DNA from: a virus
Lineage: Duplodnaviria > Caudoviricetes
Reading direction: 5' to 3' (one strand)
DNA length: 64,000 nt
IMG/VR virus record: IMGVR_UViG_3300037851_000360
Coordinates: 24,001 to 88,000 of that record
The translations under genes were made by a program, and so were the position numbers. Under the pieces are notes generated by a model. The model did no database searches. It saw only the letters and a program-made list of their open reading frames with translations, and had not been told where the DNA came from. Position 1 is the first letter of the stretch, and the number at the start of each line of letters is the position of its first letter. Positions 30,901 to 39,067 of this stretch are shown one piece after another.

Positions 30901-31204
30901 CAAGACCCGTCGCCGTTATCAAATCAATATTTCCAAAGGCGTGCAGACTGCGGATTTGATTAAAGGACCAAGAGGCGGCGAAAAGAAAGCCAATGTCAAG
31001 ACCATCATCAACGACCCCGACAAGATGGCAGAACTTCTTTTCGGCCCGGGAATGAAGTGGGAAGACATGAACAGTTTCGAGAAGTTATACAAACTCCTCG
31101 TCGGTCCAAAATTCCGCTACAAAGACAAAGTTAAAGAAATCGTCGATAAGTTCAAAGACTCCATGAAACGTATGGAGCGTGATGTTCCTTCGGAACTTGC
31201 GTAA
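24968..31204 (+). CDS. 2078-aa multidomain protein: 2 HxGH-like nucleotidyltransferases, 4 tandem unknown+HTH modules, KxDG ligase-like domain, Pol-beta-like NTase
   Basis: YSGHFQPPHLGN (25043), YSGRFQPFHINH (28670), EKVDG (29438) with EGMVV and VKFVDK, GDIDVGID (30533) with VQVDI. Confidence 0.75.
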   Translation: MNELTKHLVEGVINEIAMAPIPVFIYSGHFQPPHLGNKWVWDWLAKTRGADKCFIATPSDASPLTFAEKKSVFAAMGMDSSKVNQSIGLFRAPSITEKFDVNKYAFVYVVNEVDAGNVPPRFKPYKDKMVITPHILGESYYMVVPKEAFTVGGITIDDEKVIKFLGSPKMDYKTSMEAFHKFFGFFDEHMFNVLVKKFEKTVKEDITPIVQTTEQSSSLSPQFKAPTLSVSERASLAERMGVEQSWVDELLTEDPDGVDDGDEVHPWDSRQAYPFFLIDDFLLVGRPASTHRSLIKALNFTPDDLHRFTRPNNTDSAFYVEKLKSILQNNLDYLEMDDPDDEFNGAYERDEASMKFVAGRLWKNEQIISFWSPKSLVVKNWETLKKAVSKFHSFGNLDDYRIDWIERDSSEPMTDGSSISSTSSNTKDDLSPEEYKKLLSKQHLDPNAKKVLAKMAEHPNKAAEIADKLGMSVAELNHLIGVVAEGATAQILKEDPDEVVDEDGTAIAYLEENDTRAFFFFDDVAIFSIPGGRHEELFNTIKRVAEVGRFDRVDLERMVIADGKPNKADLVRVVRAFTKYKSQIFSGSGRNIAGVLVGRVWTEKKLMSFWTLKRVAIKSWDNVEKIFQQFPNLLGNRHEYRIDWLERAYKKPIPPLTRFDNARDGAPEEKITPEKLKDLLSKQHLDPKAKEILKKVQGLPPNKAAHLATLLGFNSPAEMFYHHGHDGSGGTQKINEDPGEVYEKNKEILNYTAEDAVIFITLEDGTIFGGNGMLHEELYHSILSYIFKREWKYVENDGYFSDQKKVERYLIIKGKYLADHDKIQDDGRSPYKGLAGRIWTDKRVISFWQTPEETRPHWKKIEEAFARDPQPCRQKDGSTKNSQPLHLGKLEEYRLDFVDSGGNADGLIPVQSFLSGEMKKSRLSPEEYKELLAKQHLDPEAKKKLAADLEGGPYNKAAELAKKLGYDSVAQMNADIHTNLDEKKLTESPDVVRDVAREDDAEMPRDLATYGDADATTFVAFENFDITTGMYHYHIFKALQEFDRMGNWKYADGNYMDFDKEAAAEYIRSDLPEEFDGSDVNEGREFPHALAGRLWTNKKIISFWHHQSEVQHYWNNVVEMFQRHTEFGSLDDYQIDWLERSEDLTLPLTKASTSAKPNIEKKTNSSVDKLDAVKKAMHVMDPGAKGQLMKMLQGASPNKKQEIADKLGISVAQLNAMDRMDEAVNSPDKPVIAIYSGRFQPFHINHYKAYQEMVKEFGKDNVFIVTSDKTEPGTSPFDFKQKSQIMTRVFGIPQRQIVEALHMNGDKPNRGPYFTIDKTAGKLSDWMKEIAKRMGMNPDNPPPFGLVIGFGGKDEARSRIAKSEYSPGKPVPNFMPEGNVMSFTIPMQDVNFKGHVINGTMVREIITKHPEMADMLFKILYPQGIDPQTKAMIVSTIQSSIAPEPKVKKKKLEEGVQFGFIKHIEDMSPEELLNFFKLWNADQTKFETFEKVDGNFYRFGLSVGKFYVKDSKQAYNKPEEYPEPYFYDDFRRFHAELQKIDWSLILKEVGAYDNLNFEADSEAVPHAHHNQVEYNGKIIGEGIVVIFGLTMDGSKTDYNTIVKFCKKANEHSPKIKFHAVPKVDLSKIKFDTSTVETLESLITKHGNFLKKPARKPEDKALKQKILGLIHDIAVKAKNRVFSTNIKSAFGQDYEGMVVHLPGGGMVKFVDKDKFTKSKDESWKVISDMDSVLKPIRDDMKKGVADGMMQRLQSAKTQITTIYNAFKKNPESVKSEKKREDTHKHYDLLMKQIDKALASLQQGQPVTQLRESGKAVGEVNPIPRSYLEKTVEHALNIWGFKGTPYELLGNINKDILGDIDVGIDYPHVEKVVGAAPDSPDFWQKVEEYFSKQSSKVQGREPKYKIMKGLEIVSVLSFAVDETGKVHPELPVQVDIAFGDMKFMKAGRSGAPKDSKYKALHRNILLADILSTIYHEQVDDKTRRRYQINISKGVQTADLIKGPRGGEKKANVKTIINDPDKMAELLFGPGMKWEDMNSFEKLYKLLVGPKFRYKDKVKEIVDKFKDSMKRMERDVPSELA
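25727..28633 (+). repeat. four tandem ~235-251-aa protein repeats
   Basis: Units start at 25727, 26450, 27176 and 27929; conserved GRxW...SFW, YxIDW, KQHLDPxAK, NKAAExAxxLG. Confidence 0.85.
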
Positions 31205-31276
31205 AATATATACGTTTGGAGAAAAATAAAGGGTCTTGGTCAACGAGACTCATACTTATCCATATATACAAACGTT

Positions 31277-31915
31277 ATGAGTAAAAGAGCCTCTGGAAAA
31301 AAGAATATCGATATCGTCAAGGACTATCTCTCCGGAGAGCGTCCTTTTGTTCAGTTCGGTTATCAAGGTGCCAAAGACACCACAAAACGAGCGGAAGGAG
31401 AGATGTGGACGGATGCAGACGGCAGAAAGTGGGTAATGCGTAATGGCACCCGCGTCAGCCAAAACTTCGACGCAATCCACGCTATCGCCAAGCAAAAGTG
31501 CACGTGCTGTGGAATCGACCTCAAGGTGTTCGGAACGCGCATTGATAAAAAGGTCTACGGAAAGACTGGTCTTTGCTTCGACTGTCTCATTAAACGCGAC
31601 ACTGACAGAAAGATCGACGGAACATTCCGCGAATACGAGGAGATGAAATATCTCAAGAATCAATTGGCATTCTTCGTCGTCAGCAAGCAGAAAATCCGCG
31701 AGAGTTACGACTACATGAAGAAGGAGAAGGAAATCAAGATGGTTCACTCCAACGGGGACGTTGAGGTTTGGCCGATCGCTGAGGGTGATCGTCAAATGGT
31801 TCTTGAGCGTTGTGTCAAGGATCAATGGATCGCCTGCCGACAGATCAAACTTCTCCAGAATCGTATTGCAGAACTTTCACTCAAGATCGAAGAGCAGAAT
31901 CAATCGACAACGTAA
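31277..31915 (+). CDS. hypothetical protein with CxxC pairs, immediately upstream of terL
   Basis: CTCCG...CFDC; the position is compatible with a terminase-associated gene but there is no sequence proof. Confidence 0.6.
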   Translation: MSKRASGKKNIDIVKDYLSGERPFVQFGYQGAKDTTKRAEGEMWTDADGRKWVMRNGTRVSQNFDAIHAIAKQKCTCCGIDLKVFGTRIDKKVYGKTGLCFDCLIKRDTDRKIDGTFREYEEMKYLKNQLAFFVVSKQKIRESYDYMKKEKEIKMVHSNGDVEVWPIAEGDRQMVLERCVKDQWIACRQIKLLQNRIAELSLKIEEQNQSTT

Positions 31916-31918
31916 AAT

Positions 31919-33526
31919 ATGGCAATCGACAAGATCAAAGAGCAAATCAAGAAAGAGTTCGTAAAGTGTGCGGCATCACCATCGTACTTCATGAAGAAGT
32001 ACGTCAAGATTCAGCACCCACTTCGCGGAACAATCCCCTTTGATCTATATCCTTTCCAAGAAGACGTTCTGGAAGATTTCAAAGCATACAACAAGAGCAT
32101 TGTGCTCAAGTCACGTCAGTTGGGAATTTCCACCCTCATCGCGGGATACATCCTGTGGCTGATGACTTTCTACAGTGACAAGAACGTTCTTGTCATTGCT
32201 ACCAAGCAGGAAACCGCAAAGAATCTTGTCACCAAGGTTCGCTTTGCAAACGAGGCTCTTCCGTCTTGGTTGAAGGTGCCAGAAGTTGAAAATAATCGTC
32301 TGTCGCTCAAACTCAAAAACGGTTCACAGGTCAAGGCAGTGTCAAGCGCCAGCGACTCGGCACGTTCCGAAGCACTTTCGCTTCTGGTCGTTGACGAATG
32401 TGCATTCATCGATGGAATCGAAGATATCTGGATTTCGGCGCAATCGACGCTCTCAACCGGTGGTCAGGCAATTCTCCTCTCCACACCAAATGGTATCGGT
32501 AACTTCTTCCACCAGACATGGGTTGCAGCCGAAGCCGGTGAAAACGGATTCCACACAATCAAGTTAAAGTGGGATGTGCACCCGGAACGAGACCAAGCGT
32601 GGCGCGACGACCAGACTCGTCTTCTTGGTAAGCATGGTGCTGCACAGGAATGTGACGCTGACTTTATCTCATCGGGTAACTCCGTCGTTGATGCTGAAAT
32701 TCTCCAGTGGTATAGAGACAATCTGTGTAAAGAACCCATCGAAAAGCGAGGAATCGAACATGCATATTGGCTGTGGGCGTATCCGGAATACTCTCGACAG
32801 TATGCCATTATTGCTGACGTTGGTAGAGGAGATTCAACCGACTATTCGGCATTTCACGTATTCGACCTTCAAAAGTTGGAACAAGTTGCCGAATTTCGAA
32901 GTAAGATGCCAACAAAAGATTACGGCAAACTTCTCGTCGCCGTTGCGACAGAGTGGGCAAATGCACTACTCATCATTGAAAATAACAACATTGGTTGGGC
33001 GACAATTCAGGAAGTCATAGATTCTGGTTATCCTAATATGTTCTACTCATCGACCGACCTACAGTATGTCGATGTGGAACAGCAGGTATCCAACAAAATC
33101 AACCGCGACGAAAAGAAGATGACTCCGGGATTCACAGTATCTCCGAAGAATAGACCTCTCATTATTTCAAAGATCGAACAATACATTCGAATGAAAGAAG
33201 TAGTTATCCGGTCAACCAGATTGATCGATGAACTATTCACTTTTGTTTGGAACAATGGTCGAGCCGAAGCCGCACGTGGATATAATGACGACTTGGTTAT
33301 GGCACTCGGAACGATGCTTTGGGTGCGTGATACGGCAATGCGCCTTCAGCAAGAGAGTATGGATTTGATGAAGGCCGCGCTCGGAGGAATCAGTCGAACA
33401 CAACAAAGTCTAGCATCGGTTCCAGTTTACCAGCAGAAGAATCTTCAGAGCGATCCTTGGAAGATGCCCATGGGACTTTCCGGAACTTCCAGAATGTCAG
33501 AGGATTTACGCTGGCTTATCAAGTAA
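31919..33526 (+). CDS. gp17: terminase large subunit (T4 gp17-like)
   Basis: LKSRQLGIST Walker A, LVVDECAF Walker B, LLSTPNG, nuclease ADVGRGDSTDYSAF and DDLVMA. Confidence 0.97.
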   Translation: MAIDKIKEQIKKEFVKCAASPSYFMKKYVKIQHPLRGTIPFDLYPFQEDVLEDFKAYNKSIVLKSRQLGISTLIAGYILWLMTFYSDKNVLVIATKQETAKNLVTKVRFANEALPSWLKVPEVENNRLSLKLKNGSQVKAVSSASDSARSEALSLLVVDECAFIDGIEDIWISAQSTLSTGGQAILLSTPNGIGNFFHQTWVAAEAGENGFHTIKLKWDVHPERDQAWRDDQTRLLGKHGAAQECDADFISSGNSVVDAEILQWYRDNLCKEPIEKRGIEHAYWLWAYPEYSRQYAIIADVGRGDSTDYSAFHVFDLQKLEQVAEFRSKMPTKDYGKLLVAVATEWANALLIIENNNIGWATIQEVIDSGYPNMFYSSTDLQYVDVEQQVSNKINRDEKKMTPGFTVSPKNRPLIISKIEQYIRMKEVVIRSTRLIDELFTFVWNNGRAEAARGYNDDLVMALGTMLWVRDTAMRLQQESMDLMKAALGGISRTQQSLASVPVYQQKNLQSDPWKMPMGLSGTSRMSEDLRWLIK

Positions 33527-33544
33527 GTTTTTTTAGACCGTCTC

Positions 33545-33553
33545 ATATTTATA
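33545..33553 (+). promoter_or_regulatory. putative late promoter motif ATATTTATA
   Basis: Upstream of the portal gene. Confidence 0.6.
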
Positions 33554-33576
33554 GACATACACCTTAAAGGCTATTT

Positions 33577-35427
33577 ATGGAAGAAATCAACAACCAATCG
33601 CTGTTCAACAGGCTGAAGAGACTCTTTAGCACGAACGTAATTGTGCGCAATGTGGGAGGAAAGAAACTCAAGGTTGTTGACACCGACGAGGTTCAATTTG
33701 CAACCGATAGACACTCACTCCGTGACAGGTTCAACCGCCTTCGTTCCAGTACATACAACTTGCACAACCGAGACATGGCTATGTCATATCAAGCCGCCCG
33801 TCTCGAATTGTTCCGCGACTATGATGTTATGGATATGGACCCAATCATCTCGGCGGCACTTGACATTTATGCCGATGAGTGCGTCACCGAGTCTGAAATG
33901 GGTGATATTCTCACCATCACATCGGAAGATGAGAACATCAAAGAAATCCTTGAGAACCTCTTCAAAGACATTCTCAATGTAGAATTCAACTTGTGGTCAT
34001 GGGTTCGTAACATGGTCAAGTACGGAGACTTCTTCCTGAAACTCGACATTTCTCCTGAATACGGAATCTATACCGTGGTTCCTCTTTCAGCATACGAAGT
34101 CACCCGTGTTGAAGGATCGAATCCTGACAACATGAATTATGTCAAGTTCCAACACGACGGTCCCATGGGCGGTCAGGAATACGAAAACTTCGAGGTTGCA
34201 CACTTCCGTCTATTGGGCGACTCCAACTTCCTTCCTTATGGAAAGTCGATGTTGGAAGGTGCTCGTCGCGTTTGGAAGCAGTTGAGCCTCATGGAAGACG
34301 CTATGTTGATCCACCGCATCATGCGAGCGCCCGAAAAGCGTATCTTTAAGATCGACATTGGTAATATCGCTCCGTCCGACGTTGATCCATACATGGAAAA
34401 GATCATCTCCAAGATGAAGAAGGTTCCATACATTGACGAGAGAACCGGCGACTACAACCTTCGCTTTAACCTCATGAACATGGTCGAAGACTTCTTCCTA
34501 CCTGTTCGTGGTGGTGACTCCGGAACATCCATTGATTCCTTGCCGGGTATGGAGTTTACTGGAACGGATGATATCGAATATCTCCGCAACAAGATGATGG
34601 CAGCACTCAAGATTCCAAAGGCATTCTTGGGTTATGACGAGTCGATTGGTGGTAAGGCAACATTGGCACAGGAAGATATCCGCTTCGCCAAGACCATCGC
34701 TCGCATTCAGAGAATTCTCGTCAGCGAACTTACCAAGATCGCCATCGTTCACTTATATGTACAGGGTCACCAAGACGCATCTCTTGTCAATTTCAAACTT
34801 TCTCTAACCAATCCGTCGAGTATCTTCGAACAGGAGAAAATCTCCCTTTGGAATGACAAGACCGACCTTGCAAAGAACATGCAGGAAGCCAACCTCTTCA
34901 GCGCCGAGTGGATATACAAGAAAATCTTCGGCCTCAGTGAAGGGGATATTGAAGAAATTCAAGAGCAGATGGTGGAAGACAAGAAGATGATTTGGAGATT
35001 TGCACAAATCGAAGAACAGGGTAATGATCCAGCCACAAGCGGTCAGAATGTAAACGCTGATGGAGATTTGGAAAACGCTGGTGGTGAACCAGCAGCAGAA
35101 CCAGCAGCCGGTGGGGAAGCCCCACTAAAGGAAGAGGAAGAAAAGCCCGAGCGTGATCAATCTGGAAGAAAAGATGCTCGTGAATATCCCTTCGGTGAAG
35201 ACCCAATTGGAAAACTAGGTCGTAAAGAAAAGACCCGCTCCGACCCCATCCGTCACAGTTTCCGTGGTGGATTGTTCAAGATCAATGAACTTGAAAGAAT
35301 CAAAGAAGCCGTTAAACAAAAGGCATCAAAGACGACAGTCGCTAAGGAAATCTTGACCGAAAAAAAGTCATTGCTAGATGAAAGCAACATCTTGGATGAC
35401 GTAAGTGAAAAAGGTACATCTGGTTAA
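33577..35427 (+). CDS. gp20: portal protein (T4 gp20-like)
   Basis: MEDAMLIHRIMRAPEKRIFKIDIGN, MVEDFFLPVRGG, DIEYLRNKMMAALKIP. Confidence 0.97.
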   Translation: MEEINNQSLFNRLKRLFSTNVIVRNVGGKKLKVVDTDEVQFATDRHSLRDRFNRLRSSTYNLHNRDMAMSYQAARLELFRDYDVMDMDPIISAALDIYADECVTESEMGDILTITSEDENIKEILENLFKDILNVEFNLWSWVRNMVKYGDFFLKLDISPEYGIYTVVPLSAYEVTRVEGSNPDNMNYVKFQHDGPMGGQEYENFEVAHFRLLGDSNFLPYGKSMLEGARRVWKQLSLMEDAMLIHRIMRAPEKRIFKIDIGNIAPSDVDPYMEKIISKMKKVPYIDERTGDYNLRFNLMNMVEDFFLPVRGGDSGTSIDSLPGMEFTGTDDIEYLRNKMMAALKIPKAFLGYDESIGGKATLAQEDIRFAKTIARIQRILVSELTKIAIVHLYVQGHQDASLVNFKLSLTNPSSIFEQEKISLWNDKTDLAKNMQEANLFSAEWIYKKIFGLSEGDIEEIQEQMVEDKKMIWRFAQIEEQGNDPATSGQNVNADGDLENAGGEPAAEPAAGGEAPLKEEEEKPERDQSGRKDAREYPFGEDPIGKLGRKEKTRSDPIRHSFRGGLFKINELERIKEAVKQKASKTTVAKEILTEKKSLLDESNILDDVSEKGTSG

Positions 35428-35461
35428 GACGAGATAATCTATAATTTTACCCAACCAACAT

Positions 35462-35470
35462 ATATTTATT
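35462..35470 (+). promoter_or_regulatory. putative late promoter motif ATATTTATT
   Basis: 4 nt upstream of the ATG at 35475. Confidence 0.55.
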
Positions 35471-35474
35471 CAAC

Positions 35475-36374
35475 ATGAGTCTACCGACACCAAAGAAGCT
35501 AAAACACAGTAAGTTCAAGAACACGGGCATCCTCTTTGAACTTTTAGTTCGTCAAGTGACTTCTGACATCATTTCGAACAAACCTTCCCTCGCGAATCCC
35601 ATCCTCCAGAAGTTTTTCAACGAGGCAACTGAATTGGGCAAGGAGTGGAAATTGTACCAACTCATCACCGAAGAAAAGGTGAAGTCACAGGAGCAAGCCG
35701 AGAAGTTTTTGGAAGTGATCATCAACACTCGTAAAAAGATCAACGAATCCAAACTATCCGCGCAGAAGTTTGAGTTGGTGAAGGAAATCAAGGCTCATTG
35801 GGATTTGGAAAAGTTCATGGCTTCGCCCGTAAGCAACTACAAACTTTTTGCATCCACGTTCAAACTATTCGAAGAGGCAACTCATCCCGAAATCATCGTT
35901 GAGGCAAAGGAATTGTATCAAGCCAAGTCGTTTATCACGGAGCACATGTCAACCAAGTCCGCTCCTAAGACCGACCTCGGCGACTACAATAAGTCGGAAT
36001 TGATCGAAATGTATAGAAAGCAAACCGAAGAAATGCGTTTGCTCTCTTACAAACTTCTCATCGACAACTTCAACAAAAAGTATTCCAACCTCGACACCGA
36101 GCAGAAGAACCTTCTTCGCGAATACATCAACAACGTAAGCAACACTCAGAGCCTACGTGAATATGTTGATAAGGAAGTTGAGAGAGTTAAGAAGAAACTT
36201 CAGGAATTGGCAAAGACCATCAACGATGACGTTATCGTGATCAAGTTGAATGAAGCACTTGCACAACTATCCAAGTTGAACGAAGGCAGATTGGTAAAGG
36301 ATAATCATATCACCGCCCTCTTGATCGGCTACGAACTGATCAAGGAGATTAAGAAAACCACAGGAAAAGAGTAA
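35475..36374 (+). CDS. helical head-module protein (299 aa), function unknown
   Basis: KLKHSKFKNTGILFELLVRQ start; located between portal and protease. Confidence 0.7.
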   Translation: MSLPTPKKLKHSKFKNTGILFELLVRQVTSDIISNKPSLANPILQKFFNEATELGKEWKLYQLITEEKVKSQEQAEKFLEVIINTRKKINESKLSAQKFELVKEIKAHWDLEKFMASPVSNYKLFASTFKLFEEATHPEIIVEAKELYQAKSFITEHMSTKSAPKTDLGDYNKSELIEMYRKQTEEMRLLSYKLLIDNFNKKYSNLDTEQKNLLREYINNVSNTQSLREYVDKEVERVKKKLQELAKTINDDVIVIKLNEALAQLSKLNEGRLVKDNHITALLIGYELIKEIKKTTGKE

Positions 36375-36832
36375 TGGATAAGAACGGTCTCAACAAGTTA
36401 ATCGCGGAGGTTTTGAAGGATATTCAAACCGAGATGACCACAACTGGAGCCGTCGCTGGTTACCAGACTCCAAACGCATTTTCTGCAAACAAGAAGAGCA
36501 AGGGCAATAAGAAAGCCGCTGCCGCTACTTCGGGTTACACTCCTGTAAAGGAAGAAGAAGACCCTGAAGTATTGAGTGAAGCACGTGGTCGATATTTCAA
36601 CTTTCGCGAAAGCGAAGAATTCAGACACCCAAGTAGCAAGGTATCATTTTGCATTCGTGAGATGAAGAAGATGCTTGGTGAAGTGGAGTTCCTCGTCAAA
36701 ATCGGAAAGCGTCTCAAGACCGAGGCTGGCGTGTCAAATGACATGCTCTGGAAAAGAACCGAACATGACGTTCAGGCGATTAACGAACGCCTCAGAAACC
36801 TCGCCCGTGGAATTAAGGAAATGACCAGATGA
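36374..36832 (+). CDS. putative prohead core protein
   Basis: LIAE/IQTE/LSE sites; head module context. Confidence 0.55.
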   Translation: MDKNGLNKLIAEVLKDIQTEMTTTGAVAGYQTPNAFSANKKSKGNKKAAAATSGYTPVKEEEDPEVLSEARGRYFNFRESEEFRHPSSKVSFCIREMKKMLGEVEFLVKIGKRLKTEAGVSNDMLWKRTEHDVQAINERLRNLARGIKEMTR

Positions 36833-37278
36833 ATACAAAACTAACCTCCTTGCTACAAGAAATTTTTAACGGCTCAAAACTCGCCGAAGTGGGTGGTGTT
36901 GTATCAACCCCACCTGTAGGTCAAGTTGCAAAGAAACCTGCCACCCCAACTACAGCACCAGCAACAGAGCCAGCAACTCCTGCACCAGCCGCGCCCGCCG
37001 CTGCGCAGGTTTACAATCCAGCGGTCGAAATGCAATCGTTCGAATCTGAAATCGCCAAGTCGATTGAAATTCACGAAAAGAACATCAAGGCACGCCTTCT
37101 CAACAAGACCGTCACCGCCCGCGCATCAAAGGGATATGGTCAGGTTGAAAAGGATTACACATTCGTAGTAGTTTCCGCATCAATCGTTCTTTTCAAGGAA
37201 GACTATCACCTAGTACTTCGCGACAAAGAGAAGAAGGAATATTACGTCAACACCAACACAAAGATCAAGGTAAGTTAA
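36829..37278 (+). CDS. putative prohead core protein
   Basis: MNTKLTSLLQE...KLAE start, Pro/Ala linker. Confidence 0.55.
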   Translation: MNTKLTSLLQEIFNGSKLAEVGGVVSTPPVGQVAKKPATPTTAPATEPATPAPAAPAAAQVYNPAVEMQSFESEIAKSIEIHEKNIKARLLNKTVTARASKGYGQVEKDYTFVVVSASIVLFKEDYHLVLRDKEKKEYYVNTNTKIKVS

Positions 37279-37279
37279 C

Positions 37280-37888
37280 ATGAAGATACCTCTAAACAAT
37301 GTTATTCCATTCGAAATCTCGCCTCGCGTTCTTCAAGAAGTTCGCGAGAACGTATCTGGCCCAGTAACCGTCGAAGGTATCCTACAGAAAGCAAACGAAC
37401 AGAATCAAAATGGTCGTCGCTATCCAAAGCCAATTCTCGAAAGAGAAATCATGAACTACCAAAAGAACTTCGTCAATGAACGTCGTGCTCTTGGAGAACT
37501 CGACCACCCAAATTCGGGTGTAATCAACCTCAAGAACGTATCCCACAACATCGTGGAATGCCATTGGGAAGGCGACAACGTAGTTGGAACCATCGAAATT
37601 TTGACCACGCCCGCTGGAAACATTCTTCGCGAACTCATCAAGAACAACATTCGTCTTGGTATCAGTTCTCGTGGTATGGGTTCCGTTAAGGAACTTCGCG
37701 AAGGTGGTGTTGAGGTACAGGACGACTTCGAACTTCTTTGCTTTGACTTCGTATCCAACCCATCCACCCGTGGCGCATTCATGCAGCCACAATCGCTCAA
37801 TGAAGGTCTTGAAAAGACACTTGAAGCAGTTTCCAAGTACGGAAAAGTCGAAGGATTGATCTACGACCTTCTCTCGGAGATGAAATAA
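37280..37888 (+). CDS. gp21: prohead core protease (T4 gp21-like)
   Basis: ALGELDHP, GISSRGMGSV, FDFVSNPST catalytic motifs. Confidence 0.95.
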   Translation: MKIPLNNVIPFEISPRVLQEVRENVSGPVTVEGILQKANEQNQNGRRYPKPILEREIMNYQKNFVNERRALGELDHPNSGVINLKNVSHNIVECHWEGDNVVGTIEILTTPAGNILRELIKNNIRLGISSRGMGSVKELREGGVEVQDDFELLCFDFVSNPSTRGAFMQPQSLNEGLEKTLEAVSKYGKVEGLIYDLLSEMK

Positions 37889-37889
37889 T

Positions 37890-38342
37890 ATGCCTCACGA
37901 CGTAAATGGAAAACTGACTAGACAAGACGTTTTCGGCGCGAAGCAAGCACTTGAATACCTTGAGAAGTATTCCAACGAACTTTACACAAGCGCAGAACAT
38001 GACGAAGAAGACATTGCTGCTTGGAGACAATGCTGCGATAAGATCGCATCGTTTGCATCCAAACTTGACAAGCGTCTAAAAGAACTCACGGCAAAAAAGC
38101 CTGACGCTGCGTTGGCTGAAAATGATCAGTTTGGAATTCGTAACATCGAAAACGAACAGATTGCCGAAAAAATTCTAGCCGTATTGATGGGTAAGGGAAA
38201 GATTCCTGCCATGAAGGGCGGCAACGAAAAAGAATCCATTAAGGCGGAAATCGCCGACGTTCTCGATCAAGTTAAGCCCGGAATGAACGAGAGCATTTAC
38301 AAGAAAGCACTCAAGGCACTTATCCGCGAGGCAAAGAAATAA
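37890..38342 (+). CDS. hypothetical head-module protein
   Basis: ORF in the head operon. Confidence 0.65.
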   Translation: MPHDVNGKLTRQDVFGAKQALEYLEKYSNELYTSAEHDEEDIAAWRQCCDKIASFASKLDKRLKELTAKKPDAALAENDQFGIRNIENEQIAEKILAVLMGKGKIPAMKGGNEKESIKAEIADVLDQVKPGMNESIYKKALKALIREAKK

Positions 38343-38344
38343 TC

Positions 38345-39064
38345 ATGAAACCAACACCATATCTCAAGCAAATTCTAACGGAGATTGCACAACACGCAAA
38401 TGCCGGCCGTCTACAGGCTGACGGAAAGACCATTCTCCAAGAGGGAAAGTTCCGCCCAACCAAGATGTCTCTACGTGAACGCGCTCTCGGCGAAGCAGAC
38501 AAGCCGGAAGACAAACCAGAAGACAAGGGTGATGAGTTGGATTCCGCACTTGCTGATTTGAAGGGCTCAGAGGCAGATAAAGCACCAGCAGATGCTCCTG
38601 CTCCAAAGGATGCTCCAGCGGATGCTGCTCCAAAAGCACCTGCTCCGAAGGCACCAGCCCCAGCAGATACCGCTTCCGATACAGCCGATACGGCTGAAAA
38701 AGAAGCACAGGCGAAGCAGGCACAAGCCGACGCAGCAAAGGCAGACGCCGCAGCCGACAAAGCAAAAGCCGAAAAGGCACAAGCAGAGAAAGAAGTTGCC
38801 GAGCAAGGGCATGTCAAACTCGCATCGGTTCCCGGAATCAGTTTCCTCCTCGCAAAAGTTCTTGCACCAGCATTGAGAGAAAACACAATCGACGGACTTG
38901 CACAAGGATTCGTTGATGGTCTCAAGATCGACGATGCACAGAAGTTTGAAGTCTTCAAACAAGAAACTGCTCTTTTCCGAAAGGTAAAAGGATTCCAGCA
39001 ACTCATTGATTCTATGGCAAACCTCGTTGGCGCTCCAACATCCGCAGATCAGGCGGAAGGCTAA
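38345..39064 (+). CDS. putative internal head protein with Ala/Pro/Lys-rich linker
   Basis: MKPTPYLKQILTE start. Confidence 0.6.
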   Translation: MKPTPYLKQILTEIAQHANAGRLQADGKTILQEGKFRPTKMSLRERALGEADKPEDKPEDKGDELDSALADLKGSEADKAPADAPAPKDAPADAAPKAPAPKAPAPADTASDTADTAEKEAQAKQAQADAAKADAAADKAKAEKAQAEKEVAEQGHVKLASVPGISFLLAKVLAPALRENTIDGLAQGFVDGLKIDDAQKFEVFKQETALFRKVKGFQQLIDSMANLVGAPTSADQAEG

Positions 39065-39067
39065 TCT

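Noticed and set aside
37-31204. Complete NARP1/NARP2-type NAD reconstitution pathway
   Set aside because: No Nampt/Namat-like phosphoribosyltransferase or ADPR-PP synthetase is recognisable in the window, and the HxGH motifs are degenerate
31277-31915. Terminase small subunit
   Set aside because: Only the position supports it; there is no recognisable gp16/TerS sequence motif
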